Assembly (NCBI GenBank): GCA_017532825.1 | Contig: JAFXIT010000024.1 | Span: 31,846-95,845 of the forward strand | Direction: 5' to 3' | DNA length: 64,000 nucleotides | Origin: Clostridia bacterium | Lineage (GTDB): Bacteria; Bacillota; Clostridia; Oscillospirales; QAMX01 | Shown: positions 27,266 to 37,095 of the stretch, one piece after another | How positions within the stretch are numbered: the stretch's first letter is position 1 | Layout of the letters: each line of letters starts with the position of its first letter | Position numbers and translations under genes: made by a program | Notes under the pieces: generated by a model | The model's database searches: none | The model's input: the letters and a program-made list of their open reading frames with translations, nothing else | Told to the model about the DNA's origin: nothing

Positions 27266-28194
27266 AACATATATCTCCTTTTCTTTTCGGCCGATACCTC
27301 AAAGCTTCTGCCCTTGAGGTAGTCAAGCGGTCCGTTTGTTTCCATGGGTAAAAACTCCAGCCGGTAGGAGCAAAGGCGCATACCGCCCCTGTCCGCCCTG
27401 CCGTACTTGCCGTCACCTACGATGGGGTAGCCGGCGTGTGCGAGGCTTGCACGTATCTGATGGGTCCGTCCGGTTATAAGACGGCACTCAAGCAGGCTTC
27501 TTCCGTTTTTTGTTTCCAGTCTGCGGTAGTCGGTAACGGCGGTAAGGCCGCCGGGTACGGGTCGTTCAAACACCTCGACGGTGTTCGTTTTTTCGTTCTT
27601 ACGAAGGTAGTAGCTAAGCCTTCCGCTTTTGGGAGGGGTACCCTCGACGGTGCAGAGATAGTACTTGGTTATCTCACGCTCGGCTATCAGCCTGTCAAGC
27701 TCACGCAATGCAACGGCCGTCTTTGCAGCAATGACGATGCCCTCGGTGTTTCGGTCGATACGGTTGCAGAGTGCGGGCGCAAAGGTGTTCTCCCTTTGGG
27801 GATCGTACTGTCCCTTTTGGATAAGATAGCTCTGTATACGGGCTATCAGCGTATCGGGGCTTCCGCTTTGGTCGGCGTGTACCACCATTCCCGCAGGCTT
27901 ATCCACAAGCAGCAGATTTTCGTCCTCGTAGACTATCTCCCCCGGATCGGGAGGTACAACAAGTGCCGCCTTTTGCTCGGAGGGCGGGTCGAGAAGCTCA
28001 TCGGGGGCGTACACCCTTACCGTTGCGCCAAGCTCGGTACGCTCGGAGGGCTTTGGGTGCTTACCGGCAAGCCTGACCTTTTCGGTGCGTATCAGCTTTG
28101 CTATCATCGATGGCGGAAGATGGGGATAGAGCTTGCCAAGAAAGCGGTCTATCCGCTGACCTGCGTCGTTTGGTCCGACGGTGTACTCACGCAT
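27262..28194 (-). CDS. RluA-family 23S rRNA pseudouridine synthase with an N-terminal S4 domain
   Basis: RIDRFL (S4), LLLVDKPAGMVVH, NRIDRNTEGIV and GRTHQIRASL. Start placed at MREYTVG (28194). Its stop overlaps the GNAT ATG (ATGA). Confidence 0.85.
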   Translation of the reverse strand: MREYTVGPNDAGQRIDRFLGKLYPHLPPSMIAKLIRTEKVRLAGKHPKPSERTELGATVRVYAPDELLDPPSEQKAALVVPPDPGEIVYEDENLLLVDKPAGMVVHADQSGSPDTLIARIQSYLIQKGQYDPQRENTFAPALCNRIDRNTEGIVIAAKTAVALRELDRLIAEREITKYYLCTVEGTPPKSGRLSYYLRKNEKTNTVEVFERPVPGGLTAVTDYRRLETKNGRSLLECRLITGRTHQIRASLAHAGYPIVGDGKYGRADRGGMRLCSYRLEFLPMETNGPLDYLKGRSFEVSAEKKRRYML

Positions 28195-28266
28195 TAAGGC
28201 CTTCCCTCCCCTCAAGTAATAATAATATCATAAATCGGACAAATTTACAATAGTTTTTAAAAGCTC

Positions 28267-28295
28267 TTGAAAATGAACATTTGTTTTGGTATAAT
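28267..28295 (+). promoter_or_regulatory. uvrB promoter with an embedded LexA/SOS-box-like element
   Basis: TTGAAA, 17-nt spacer, TATAAT preceded by TGG. The spacer contains TGAACATTTGTTTT (28274-28287). Its left half, GAACAT, matches the Firmicute SOS box CGAACnnnnGTTCG; the right half is degenerate. Confidence 0.6.
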
Positions 28296-28319
28296 GATTT
28301 AGTTGAGGTGGTGAGGAAT

Positions 28320-30272
28320 ATGCCCAAATTTGAACTGGTTTCCGACTTTAAGCCCTCCGGCGATCAGCCGCAGGCCATAGAGGCGCTCTGCCGGGGTGCA
28401 GAGCTTGGTCTGAGGGAGCAGACCCTGCTGGGAGTTACGGGCTCGGGCAAGACCTACACCATGGCAAAGGTCATCGAGCGTCTGCAAAAGCCGACCCTCG
28501 TCTTTGCCCACAACAAGACCCTTGCCGCCCAGCTCTGCGCCGAATTTCGGGAGTTCTTCCCAAACAACGCCGTTGAGTATTTCATATCCTACTTCGACTA
28601 CTATCAGCCCGAGGCCTACCTGCCCTCGACCGACACGTATATAGAAAAGGACTCCTCCCGAAACGACGAGATAGACCGTCTGCGCCACAGCGCCACCTTT
28701 TCCCTGCTTGAACGCAGAGACGTTATAATCGTGGCCTCGGTCTCCTGCATATACAGCCTCGGCGACCCCGAGGAGTACGGCAGAGAGGTCATCTCCCTCC
28801 GACCCGGCGTCGAATACGGGCTTGACAGACTGCTTCACGACCTTGTGGGCATACACTTTACCCGCAACGACCTCTCCCCCGTCCGCTCTACCTTCAGGGT
28901 GCGGGGCGACACGGTCGAGATAATCCCCGCCTGGAGCGACAACACCGCCATCCGTGTTGAATTTTTCGGCGACGAGATAGAGCGCATCTCCGAGGTAAAC
29001 AGCGTAACCGGTCAGCGGCTCAAGGAGCTTCGCCATGCGGCGATATACCCTGCCACCCACCATGCCGCCTCCGACGAGATGCGAAAGCGTGCCTTAGCCG
29101 AGATAGAGTGCGAGATGTGGGAGCGTGTGCGCCAGTTTGAGGCCGAGGGCAAGCTCGTCGAGGCACAGAGGCTGCGCCAGCGCACCCTCAACGACATTGA
29201 GATGCTCTCGGAGATAGGCATCTGCAGCGGTGTTGAGAACTATTCCCGTATACTTTCGGGCAGAGCTCCGGGCAGTGCGCCCTTTACCCTGCTTGACTAC
29301 TTCCCCAAGGATTTCCTGATGTTTATCGACGAGTCCCACGTTTCGGTTCCCCAGATACGGGGAATGTACGCAGGCGACCGCAGTCGCAAGGAGACCCTCG
29401 TCGAATACGGCTTCCGTCTTCCGAGCGCACTTGACAACCGACCGCTGAACTTTGCCGAATTCGAGGCGCATCAGAATCAGATAATATACGTATCGGCGAC
29501 CCCGGGCGAGTACGAAAAGAGCCGTTCGGGACAGACCGTCGAGCAGGTCATCAGACCCACGGGTCTTGTAGACCCCGAGGTATTCGTACGGCCTGCCGAG
29601 GGTCAGATAGACGACCTCGTAGGGGAGATAAACCTCCGTGTGGCAAGAAACGAAAGGGTGCTTGTGACCACCCTTACAAAGAAGATGGCCGAGGACCTTA
29701 CCGACTATCTAAACACCGTCGGCATAAAGGTAAAATATATGCACTTCGGGGTGGATACCCTTGAGCGCATTGAGCTTCTGCGTGATCTGCGAATGGGCAA
29801 ATTCGACGTGTTGGTCGGCATAAACCTTCTTCGTGAGGGGCTTGACCTTCCGGAGGTCTCCCTCGTAGCCATACTCGATGCCGACAAGGAGGGCTTTCTG
29901 CGCTCGACTACCTCACTTATCCAGACCATCGGACGTGCGGCAAGAAACGAAAAGGGCACCGTCATCATGTACGCCGACAGCGTTACACCCTCCATGCAGG
30001 CGGCCATCGACGAGACCTCCCGCCGCCGTGAGATACAGATGCGCTTTAACCGTGAGCACGGCATAACCCCCCGCACCGTCAAAAAGGATATCCGCGACCT
30101 CATCGAGGTATCCTCCGAGGTACGGGATGACCGCCGTCCCCTTTCAAATACCGAAAAGCAGCAGGAGATCGCCCGTCTTACCAAGGATATGCAGGCGGCG
30201 GCAAAGGCGTTGGAATTCGAATACGCCGCACTTCTGCGTGACAGGATAACCGAACTAAAAGGAAACAGCTGA
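28320..30272 (+). CDS. uvrB: Excinuclease ABC subunit B
   Basis: [20 protein letters not shown] start after GAGGTGGTGAGG, then GVTGSGKT. The C-terminal UVR motif is present. Confidence 0.95.
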   Translation: MPKFELVSDFKPSGDQPQAIEALCRGAELGLREQTLLGVTGSGKTYTMAKVIERLQKPTLVFAHNKTLAAQLCAEFREFFPNNAVEYFISYFDYYQPEAYLPSTDTYIEKDSSRNDEIDRLRHSATFSLLERRDVIIVASVSCIYSLGDPEEYGREVISLRPGVEYGLDRLLHDLVGIHFTRNDLSPVRSTFRVRGDTVEIIPAWSDNTAIRVEFFGDEIERISEVNSVTGQRLKELRHAAIYPATHHAASDEMRKRALAEIECEMWERVRQFEAEGKLVEAQRLRQRTLNDIEMLSEIGICSGVENYSRILSGRAPGSAPFTLLDYFPKDFLMFIDESHVSVPQIRGMYAGDRSRKETLVEYGFRLPSALDNRPLNFAEFEAHQNQIIYVSATPGEYEKSRSGQTVEQVIRPTGLVDPEVFVRPAEGQIDDLVGEINLRVARNERVLVTTLTKKMAEDLTDYLNTVGIKVKYMHFGVDTLERIELLRDLRMGKFDVLVGINLLREGLDLPEVSLVAILDADKEGFLRSTTSLIQTIGRAARNEKGTVIMYADSVTPSMQAAIDETSRRREIQMRFNREHGITPRTVKKDIRDLIEVSSEVRDDRRPLSNTEKQQEIARLTKDMQAAAKALEFEYAALLRDRITELKGNS

Positions 30273-30274
30273 AG

Positions 30275-33100
30275 ATGAACGAATTTATCCGCCTCAGAGG
30301 GGCAAGAGAACACAACCTCAAAAACGTAGACGTGGACATACCCCGTGACAAGCTGGTGGTCATAACCGGTCTCTCGGGCTCGGGAAAATCCTCCCTTGCC
30401 TTTGACACCATCTACGCCGAGGGACAGCGCAGATACGTCGAGTCGCTGTCCTCCTACGCACGTCAGTTCTTAGGACAGATGGACAAGCCCGACCTTGACT
30501 CGGTCGACGGGCTTTCCCCCGCCATATCCATCGACCAGAAGACGACCTCCAAAAACCCCCGCTCGACCGTCGGCACCGTCACCGAGATATACGACTACCT
30601 CCGTCTGCTCTATGCCCGTATAGGACTCCCCCACTGCCCCGAGTGCGGCAAGCCCATAACCCAACAGACCGTCGACCAGATAGTCGACTCGGTAATGGAG
30701 CTCCCCGAGGGAAGCCGTATACAGGTCTTTTCCCCGATAGTCAGAGGTCGCAAGGGCGAATACCTCAAGATATTTGCCGACGCACGCAAGTCGGGCTACG
30801 TCAGAGTACGTGTCGACGGGATAATGTACGACCTTTCGGAGGAGATAAAGCCCGATAAGAACAAAAAGCACGACATCGACATCGTCGTTGACCGCCTCAT
30901 AGTCAAGCCCGAGGTACGCCGCAGGCTTACCGACTCTATCGAGACCGCCTCCGCCCTTGCGGGAGGACTTGTATCGGTAGGTGTAGTCGACGGCGAGGAG
31001 ACCATATATTCCCAAAACTACGCCTGCGAGGACTGCGGCATATCCATCGAAGAGCTGACCCCCCGTATGTTCTCCTTTAACAATCCCTACGGTGCCTGCC
31101 CCGAATGTACGGGACTGGGCGTAAAGCTCCGCATCGACCCCGACCTGGTCATACCCGACCGTGAGCTGTCCATTGCCGAGGGTGCCATCGACGTTTACGG
31201 CTGGAAATACAACGATAAAAACATCTTTACCAAGATGTACTTTGACGCCATCGCCGAAAGCGAGGGCATCTCCCTTGATACCCCCGTAAAGGACCTCGAT
31301 CCAAGTGTGTTAAGCATTTTCCTTTACGGCACTAACGGCCGCAAGCTTTCCATGAAACGTCCGTCCGAGCACGGCGGAGGACTGTGGAGCGCACCCTTCG
31401 AGGGGGTAATACCCTCCGTTGAGCGGCGGCACAAGGAGAGTGCAAGCGAGGAATCAAGGGAGTACTATGAAAGCCTCATGAGCGCCATCCCCTGCCCCGT
31501 CTGCCAGGGCAAAAGGCTTAAAAAGGAGGCCCTTGCGGTCACCGTCGGCGGCATATCCATCTCCGAGCTTACCGAAATGTCGGTAAACGCCGCCCTTTCG
31601 TTTATACACTCGCTGAGGCTTACCGAAAGCGAAAAGGTCATCGCCCAACAGATAGTCAAGGAGATAGATTCCCGACTCAACTTTCTAAAGAGCGTGGGGC
31701 TTGAATACCTCACCCTCGCACGTGCCTCCGCCACCCTTTCGGGGGGCGAGAGCCAGCGTATACGCCTTGCCACCCAGATAGGCTCCTCCCTTATGGGGGT
31801 GCTTTACATCCTCGACGAGCCGAGCATCGGTCTGCACCAGCGTGACAACAGCCGACTGCTTGACACCCTGCGCCACCTCCGTGACCTCGGAAACTCGGTG
31901 CTTGTTGTAGAGCACGACGAGGAGACCATGCGTGCCGCCGACCACATCATTGACGTCGGTCCGGGTGCGGGTGTCAAGGGCGGTGAGATAGTCTGCTCGG
32001 GCAGTCTTTCGGACGTTATATCCTGCGAAAGGTCGGTCACGGGACAGTATCTCCGTGGGGAAAAGCGCATACCCGTTCCCTCCGTACGCCGAAAGGGCAA
32101 CGGAAAGACCCTCCGCATAGTCGGCGCAGCGGAAAACAACCTCAAAAATATCGACGTAGATATACCCCTTGGCTGTCTTGTCTGTGTGACGGGTGTATCG
32201 GGCTCCGGAAAGTCCTCCCTTGTAAACGAGATACTCTCAAAGAGGCTGACCCACGAGCTCAACCACGCCCGTACAAGGTCGGGCAGGCACACCGCCATTG
32301 AGGGTATTGAGCATCTTGACAAGGTCATAAACATCGACCAGGCGCCCATCGGCCGTACCCCCCGCTCAAATCCCGCCACCTATACCGGGCTTTTTAACGA
32401 CATCCGTGACCTTTTTGCATCGACCCAGGACGCACGCACACGAGGCTACGGCCCGGGAAGGTTCTCCTTCAACGTCAGAGGCGGAAGGTGCGAGGCCTGC
32501 AGCGGCGACGGACTTGTAAAGATAGAAATGCACTTTCTGCCCGACGTCTACGTCCCCTGCGAGGTCTGCAAGGGGCGCAGGTACAACCGAGAGACCCTTG
32601 AGGTCAGGTACAAGGGCAAGAATATCCACGAGGTGCTGGAGATGACCGTCGACGAGGCACTCGACTTCTTCGCACCCATTCCAAAGATCGCCCGTCGGCT
32701 TGAGACACTTTCCCGTGTCGGCCTTGGCTACGTCAAGCTCGGGCAGCCCGCTACCACCCTTTCGGGCGGCGAGGCACAGCGGGTCAAGCTTGCCACCGAG
32801 CTTTCCAAGCGGTCCACAGGACGCACCCTTTACATCCTCGACGAGCCGACCACAGGTCTCCACGTTGCCGACGTCCATCTCCTGACCGACGTGCTTTCGG
32901 CACTTGTCGAGGGCGGAAACACCGTAGTCGTCATCGAGCACAACCTCGACGTTATCAAGGTCGCCGACAGGGTCATCGACCTCGGTCCCGAGGGCGGCGA
33001 CATGGGCGGCGAGATAGTCTGCACCGGCACCCCCGAGGAGGTCGCCCTCTGCGAGCGCTCCTATACCGGTCTCTACCTCAAAGAGATACTTGGGAGGTAG
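30275..33100 (+). CDS. uvrA: Excinuclease ABC subunit A
   Basis: 941 aa. It has two [10 protein letters not shown] / [10 protein letters not shown] Walker A sites, LSGGE signatures and zinc-finger Cys pairs. Confidence 0.95.
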   Translation: MNEFIRLRGAREHNLKNVDVDIPRDKLVVITGLSGSGKSSLAFDTIYAEGQRRYVESLSSYARQFLGQMDKPDLDSVDGLSPAISIDQKTTSKNPRSTVGTVTEIYDYLRLLYARIGLPHCPECGKPITQQTVDQIVDSVMELPEGSRIQVFSPIVRGRKGEYLKIFADARKSGYVRVRVDGIMYDLSEEIKPDKNKKHDIDIVVDRLIVKPEVRRRLTDSIETASALAGGLVSVGVVDGEETIYSQNYACEDCGISIEELTPRMFSFNNPYGACPECTGLGVKLRIDPDLVIPDRELSIAEGAIDVYGWKYNDKNIFTKMYFDAIAESEGISLDTPVKDLDPSVLSIFLYGTNGRKLSMKRPSEHGGGLWSAPFEGVIPSVERRHKESASEESREYYESLMSAIPCPVCQGKRLKKEALAVTVGGISISELTEMSVNAALSFIHSLRLTESEKVIAQQIVKEIDSRLNFLKSVGLEYLTLARASATLSGGESQRIRLATQIGSSLMGVLYILDEPSIGLHQRDNSRLLDTLRHLRDLGNSVLVVEHDEETMRAADHIIDVGPGAGVKGGEIVCSGSLSDVISCERSVTGQYLRGEKRIPVPSVRRKGNGKTLRIVGAAENNLKNIDVDIPLGCLVCVTGVSGSGKSSLVNEILSKRLTHELNHARTRSGRHTAIEGIEHLDKVINIDQAPIGRTPRSNPATYTGLFNDIRDLFASTQDARTRGYGPGRFSFNVRGGRCEACSGDGLVKIEMHFLPDVYVPCEVCKGRRYNRETLEVRYKGKNIHEVLEMTVDEALDFFAPIPKIARRLETLSRVGLGYVKLGQPATTLSGGEAQRVKLATELSKRSTGRTLYILDEPTTGLHVADVHLLTDVLSALVEGGNTVVVIEHNLDVIKVADRVIDLGPEGGDMGGEIVCTGTPEEVALCERSYTGLYLKEILGR

Positions 33101-33106
33101 GACGGC

Positions 33107-33973
33107 ATGACGAAAAAACAGCTCGGTGCGGCAGGACTTTTGCTCATCGCCACCCTTATATGGGGCGCATCCTTTATTCTGATGAAGGACGCCCTTGACG
33201 CCCTTCCGACCTTTTGGCTTCTTGCAATACGCTTTTGCTCGGCATCTGTCCTGCTTGGGCTGATATTTTTCAAGCGGCTCCGCACCCTCCGTCCCTCCGA
33301 CTTCGGGGCAGGTGCGGTCATAGGCGGGTTTATCTTCCTTGCATACGTCTTCCAGACCTTCGGACTTGCCCACACTACCCCCGGCAAAAACGCATTTCTG
33401 ACGGCGGTCTACTGCGTTATGATCCCCTTTATATGGTGGATAATGACCAAAAAGCGGCCTTCGGTAATGACCTTTGCCGCCGCAGGGATATGTATGGCAG
33501 GTATAGGCCTTATCTCCCTTGACTCGGGCTTCAGTCTTGGGCTGGGCGACGGGCTTACGATGGTCGGCGGCACCTTTTTTGCCTTCCACATCGTCGCCGT
33601 GACCAAGCTTTCACGTGACCGTGACGTGCTTGCGCTGACGGTGCTGCAGTTCTTTTTTGCGGGGATATACTCCCTTGCAGGGGCACTGATATTTGAAAAG
33701 CCGCCCACGGAATTCAGCCTTGGCGTAGTTCTCAACCTCGGCTATCTCTGCGTTTTTGCAACGGCAGTGGCGCTGTTGTTCCAGAACATAGGTCAGAAAT
33801 ATCTGCCGCCAACCCTTTCTTCCATACTTATCAGCCTCGAATCGGTGTTTGGTGCCGTATTTTCCTTCATATTCGGCTACGAGGCCCCTGACCTTCGGAC
33901 GGTTATCGGCTTTGTGCTGATATTTGCCGCAGTTGCGCTGGCACAGATAGGCTCTTCGGAAAAAAGCGAATAG
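33107..33973 (+). CDS. EamA/DMT-superfamily transporter
   Basis: 288 aa with about 10 hydrophobic segments and a duplicated EamA-like pattern. Confidence 0.75.
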   Translation: MTKKQLGAAGLLLIATLIWGASFILMKDALDALPTFWLLAIRFCSASVLLGLIFFKRLRTLRPSDFGAGAVIGGFIFLAYVFQTFGLAHTTPGKNAFLTAVYCVMIPFIWWIMTKKRPSVMTFAAAGICMAGIGLISLDSGFSLGLGDGLTMVGGTFFAFHIVAVTKLSRDRDVLALTVLQFFFAGIYSLAGALIFEKPPTEFSLGVVLNLGYLCVFATAVALLFQNIGQKYLPPTLSSILISLESVFGAVFSFIFGYEAPDLRTVIGFVLIFAAVALAQIGSSEKSE

Positions 33974-33976
33974 ATC

Positions 33977-34007
33977 ACGCGGAGAAGAAAAATTTTTCTT
34001 CTCCGCG
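33977..34007 (+). terminator. Hairpin after the EamA gene
   Basis: CGCGGAGAAGAAAAA / TTTTTCTTCTCCGCG near-perfect palindrome. There is no separate T-run. Confidence 0.55.
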
Positions 34008-34057
34008 TTGCAATATCTCCACCTCAGGGTATTTATAGGCGAAAGGAGGTCATGCTG

Positions 34058-34546
34058 ATGCAAACGTTCTGCGCAGACGAAAGCATAGACGAGATCATAT
34101 CACGCTACAAATCCACCGTATACGGTATCGCACTTGCCCGAAGCATCGACCCGGTCGACGCCGACGACATCTTCCAGGAGGTATTCATTGCCTACTTTAA
34201 AAGGAACCGCCGCTTTTCAAGCGAGGAGCACCGAAAGGCCTGGATAATCCGCACGACGGTCAATCTCTGTCTCAAGGCCCACCGAGCCCGACGTGAGATC
34301 CCATCCGAAAGTCTTCCCCAGAGGGCCTTCACCTTTGCCCTTCCCGAGGAAAACGAGCTCTGGTCAGCCCTCCACGAGATACCCTTTAAATACCGTATCG
34401 TACTGACGCTTTACTATTTCGACGGGCTTGGCTGTGAGGAAATAGCCCACGCCCTCCGCATCACCCCCGGCGGGGTGCGTATGCGGCTGACAAGAGCCCG
34501 TGAGCTTATGCGTGAAAAACTGAAAGGAGATATGTTTGATGAATAA
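34058..34546 (+). CDS. ECF-type RNA polymerase sigma factor
   Basis: Region 2 (DADDIFQEVFIAYF...WIIRTTVNLC) and region 4 (YYFDGLGCEEIAHALRITPGGVRMRLTRAR). ATG 34058 is 8 nt from GGAGG; ATG 34052 is too close. Confidence 0.85.
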   Translation: MQTFCADESIDEIISRYKSTVYGIALARSIDPVDADDIFQEVFIAYFKRNRRFSSEEHRKAWIIRTTVNLCLKAHRARREIPSESLPQRAFTFALPEENELWSALHEIPFKYRIVLTLYYFDGLGCEEIAHALRITPGGVRMRLTRARELMREKLKGDMFDE

Positions 34547-35513
34547 AATATTTTCCGATATGAGAGCCCAGACTACCCCCTCCGATGCCACCGTTGCCGA
34601 GCTTAAGGAAAGGCTGGTGCAAAAGAAGCGCCCCGCCTTCCGCCTGAAGCATCTCGTTGCGGGAGCCTGCAGTATTGCCGTTGTCTGTCTGTGTGTGCTT
34701 GCCATACCCGGCCTTGAGCTCGGTCAGTCCCGTCCCATCGAGCCGGGCACTACCAATAGCGAGCTTGCCTACCTCAAGAAGTGGGAGGAACGTACTCTCT
34801 TCGAAAAGTACACCACCCTCGAGCATCTTGGCAAGGAATACATCATCGGCGGCGAGTGCGAGCTTGCTTTAGGTGAGCTTATCTCCGATGGCGATATGGT
34901 CGGCTACGACTACTACTCCGACCGGCGACACACCCTCCCTGCCGAGATCTACTCAATCGTCGGTGTCGACCCCGCTGCGGCGGTCGCCGCAATACCCGAG
35001 GGTGAGGAGGTTGCCCTACTCTATGCGACCCACGACTACTCCCCCAGGACCCTCGGCGAGCTTATCGACGGGCTTGACCTCAAAAACAACCTCCGCTTCG
35101 GCAAGGTATACCGCAGCTATTTTGAGGACGGGAAGTATATCTCCGAGGTATACACCCTTGAGCTCGACGAAGCGGTATGGACCATGCTTCTTGCCGACCG
35201 AGAGCTTGTAAACGAGGGCAGCGACCACTACGGACTTACCCTTATGGGCATCTCGATAGACGTTGCCTCGACGGGGCAAAAAAATATATCCCTCGGCATA
35301 AACAGCGAGGGATATATCCAGACCAATATTCTCGGACAGGCCAAGAGCTACAACGTAGGCCTTGAGGCAGTCAACGACTTTTACGTCTACGTCATACAAA
35401 ACGGAAGCGTTGAGCGCACCGTCCACGACACTACCGTTCCCGATGCGCCCGTTGTAACGGGAGGCGAGGAGCTCGTAATCGGAACTACCAGCGGGGGCTA
35501 CAGCGGCAACTGA
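34536..35513 (+). CDS. Putative anti-sigma factor (single-pass membrane protein)
   Basis: It overlaps the sigma gene end. A short cytoplasmic N-terminus is followed by the TM segment LVAGACSIAVVCLCVLAIPGL and a large extracytoplasmic domain of unknown family. Confidence 0.6.
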   Translation: MMNKIFSDMRAQTTPSDATVAELKERLVQKKRPAFRLKHLVAGACSIAVVCLCVLAIPGLELGQSRPIEPGTTNSELAYLKKWEERTLFEKYTTLEHLGKEYIIGGECELALGELISDGDMVGYDYYSDRRHTLPAEIYSIVGVDPAAAVAAIPEGEEVALLYATHDYSPRTLGELIDGLDLKNNLRFGKVYRSYFEDGKYISEVYTLELDEAVWTMLLADRELVNEGSDHYGLTLMGISIDVASTGQKNISLGINSEGYIQTNILGQAKSYNVGLEAVNDFYVYVIQNGSVERTVHDTTVPDAPVVTGGEELVIGTTSGGYSGN

Positions 35514-35980
35514 GTGCACAGCTCTCGGAATTCCGCTCCGACAAGCCCTGCAAGGTCGCTTGGGGAGAGCAGTATCTGCACCCCCCTTGCCCCTGCACTG
35601 ACCGCAATGAGCTTCTGTGAGAGCGCAGAGGAGTCTATAAAGGTCGGAAATTTCTTCTTCATACCGATAGGCGAGCATCCTCCGCGGATGTAGCCCGTCG
35701 TCGGCAAAAGCTCGCGCAGCTGCAGCATCTCGACACTCTTCGAGCCTGCGGCCTGCGCGGCTTTTTTCAGGTCGAGCCCACGGTCGACCGGTATGCAAAA
35801 AACAAGTATCCGCTTTTTGGGGTCCTTTGCAACGAGGGTCTTGAACACCTGCGAGTATTCAAGCCCCAAAGCGTCGGCGGCGTGGCGGCCGTCGAGGTCG
35901 TTTTCGTCAAAGGCGTATTCCTCGGCGGTAAAATCTATCTTCGCCTGCTCGAGCAGGCGCATGGCGTTGGTCTTTGTCAT
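35498..35980 (-). CDS. ybaK: Cys-tRNA(Pro)/Cys-tRNA(Cys) deacylase YbaK
   Basis: MTKTNAMRLLEQAKI, FKTLV, GYIRGGCSPIGMKK. Confidence 0.85.
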   Translation of the reverse strand: MTKTNAMRLLEQAKIDFTAEEYAFDENDLDGRHAADALGLEYSQVFKTLVAKDPKKRILVFCIPVDRGLDLKKAAQAAGSKSVEMLQLRELLPTTGYIRGGCSPIGMKKKFPTFIDSSALSQKLIAVSAGARGVQILLSPSDLAGLVGAEFRELCTQLPL

Positions 35981-36027
35981 AATCTCACCCGATAATATTT
36001 TAAACCCTTTTGCGGTCGGTTGTCAAG

Positions 36028-36056
36028 TTGACAAAAACATTTATACATTGTATAAT
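36028..36056 (+). promoter_or_regulatory. Consensus SigA promoter of the hemolysin III gene
   Basis: TTGACA, 17-nt spacer, TATAAT. Confidence 0.8.
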
Positions 36057-36078
36057 AGTTGCCGAAAGGACTGATCCT

Positions 36079-36744
36079 ATGAGCAGATATCTCGACCGCC
36101 CCCTTCCCAACTACACCCGAGGAGAAGAAATATTCAATATGGTATCCCATATCGTAGGCGGAGGAATGGGTGTAGTGGTGCTTGCGGCCTGCGTTATACG
36201 CGCCGCCGTCCACGGAAACGTTATGGGCATCGTCACATCGGCGATATACGGTGTGTCAATGATATTGCTTTACACTATGTCAAGCATCTATCACGGACTC
36301 AAACCGGGCATTGCAAAGAAGGTCCTGCGGGTGCTTGACCACTGTACGATATATTTTCTCATTGCAGGGACCTATACTCCCATCGCCCTTTGCGGACTTA
36401 CCCGTGTCAGCCCTGCGATCGGCTGGGTGATATTTGGAATCGAATGGGGCTTTACCGCCCTTGCGGTCACCCTCACGGCAGTCGACCTCAACAAATACCG
36501 CATCTTTTCCATGGCCGCCTACATTGTCATGGGCTGGTGCATCATCGTCTTTTACCCGACGGCGCTCAAGGCCTTGGGCGAGCTTGGATTTATGCTGATA
36601 TTTATCGGCGGAGTGCTCTACACCATCGGCTCGGTGCTTTACGGGCTTGGAAGCAAGAAGCGGTATATCCACAGCGTTTTTCACCTGTTCGTGCTGTTAG
36701 GCAGCCTGACCCAGGCTCTCGGAATTTTTCTTTCGGTCATCTGA
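36079..36744 (+). CDS. Hemolysin III / PAQR-family membrane protein
   Basis: EEIFNMVSHIVGG, SSIYHG, DHCTIYFLIAGTYTP and HSVFHLFVLLGS motifs. Start at MSRYLDRP (36079). Confidence 0.85.
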   Translation: MSRYLDRPLPNYTRGEEIFNMVSHIVGGGMGVVVLAACVIRAAVHGNVMGIVTSAIYGVSMILLYTMSSIYHGLKPGIAKKVLRVLDHCTIYFLIAGTYTPIALCGLTRVSPAIGWVIFGIEWGFTALAVTLTAVDLNKYRIFSMAAYIVMGWCIIVFYPTALKALGELGFMLIFIGGVLYTIGSVLYGLGSKKRYIHSVFHLFVLLGSLTQALGIFLSVI

Positions 36745-36753
36745 TAACGGTAC

Positions 36754-36782
36754 TTTTCAAACGGGGAAATATATGGTATAAT
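36754..36782 (+). promoter_or_regulatory. Promoter of the HPr-like gene
   Basis: TTTTCA, 17-nt spacer, TATAAT preceded by TGG. Confidence 0.6.
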
Positions 36783-36821
36783 ATCTACACAGACGTCCCA
36801 TAAACTGAAAGGAGAATAAAT

Positions 36822-37046
36822 ATGCGCGTCAAACTCAACCTCATAACTCTGACCGATGTCAAGGAATTCGTTGACATCATGTCCAAACGCAAATCCAAAG
36901 CCGTCCTTGTCGACAAGGATCATGATTTCGTCGTAAACGCCAAATCCATGCTCGGCGCCATGTACTCCATCGAGTGGGACGAGATCTGGCTTGAGACCGA
37001 AGACGACTGCTGCTACAACGACATCAGAAAGTTCATGGCAGAATAA
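36822..37046 (+). CDS. Small HPr-like domain protein lacking the His15 region (tentative)
   Basis: 74 aa. VNAKSMLGAMYSIEWDEIWLETEDD resembles the HPr VNLKSIMGVMSLG...I segment. It has its own extended -10 promoter and terminator. Confidence 0.5.
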   Translation: MRVKLNLITLTDVKEFVDIMSKRKSKAVLVDKDHDFVVNAKSMLGAMYSIEWDEIWLETEDDCCYNDIRKFMAE

Positions 37047-37053
37047 GAGGTAC

Positions 37054-37090
37054 AAAAAAGAGAGGTAAGCTTCCTTACCTCTCTTTTTTA
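37054..37090. terminator. Bidirectional terminator (HPr-like / SLH)
   Basis: AAAAAAGAGAGGTAAG-CTTC-CTTACCTCTCTTTTTT. Confidence 0.85.
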
Positions 37091-37095
37091 TTTTG

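Noticed and set aside
36822-37046. The 74-aa protein as a genuine PTS phosphocarrier HPr.
   Set aside because: The N-terminal region lacks the His15 phosphorylation motif and no PTS genes are nearby. Only an HPr-like fold is claimed.
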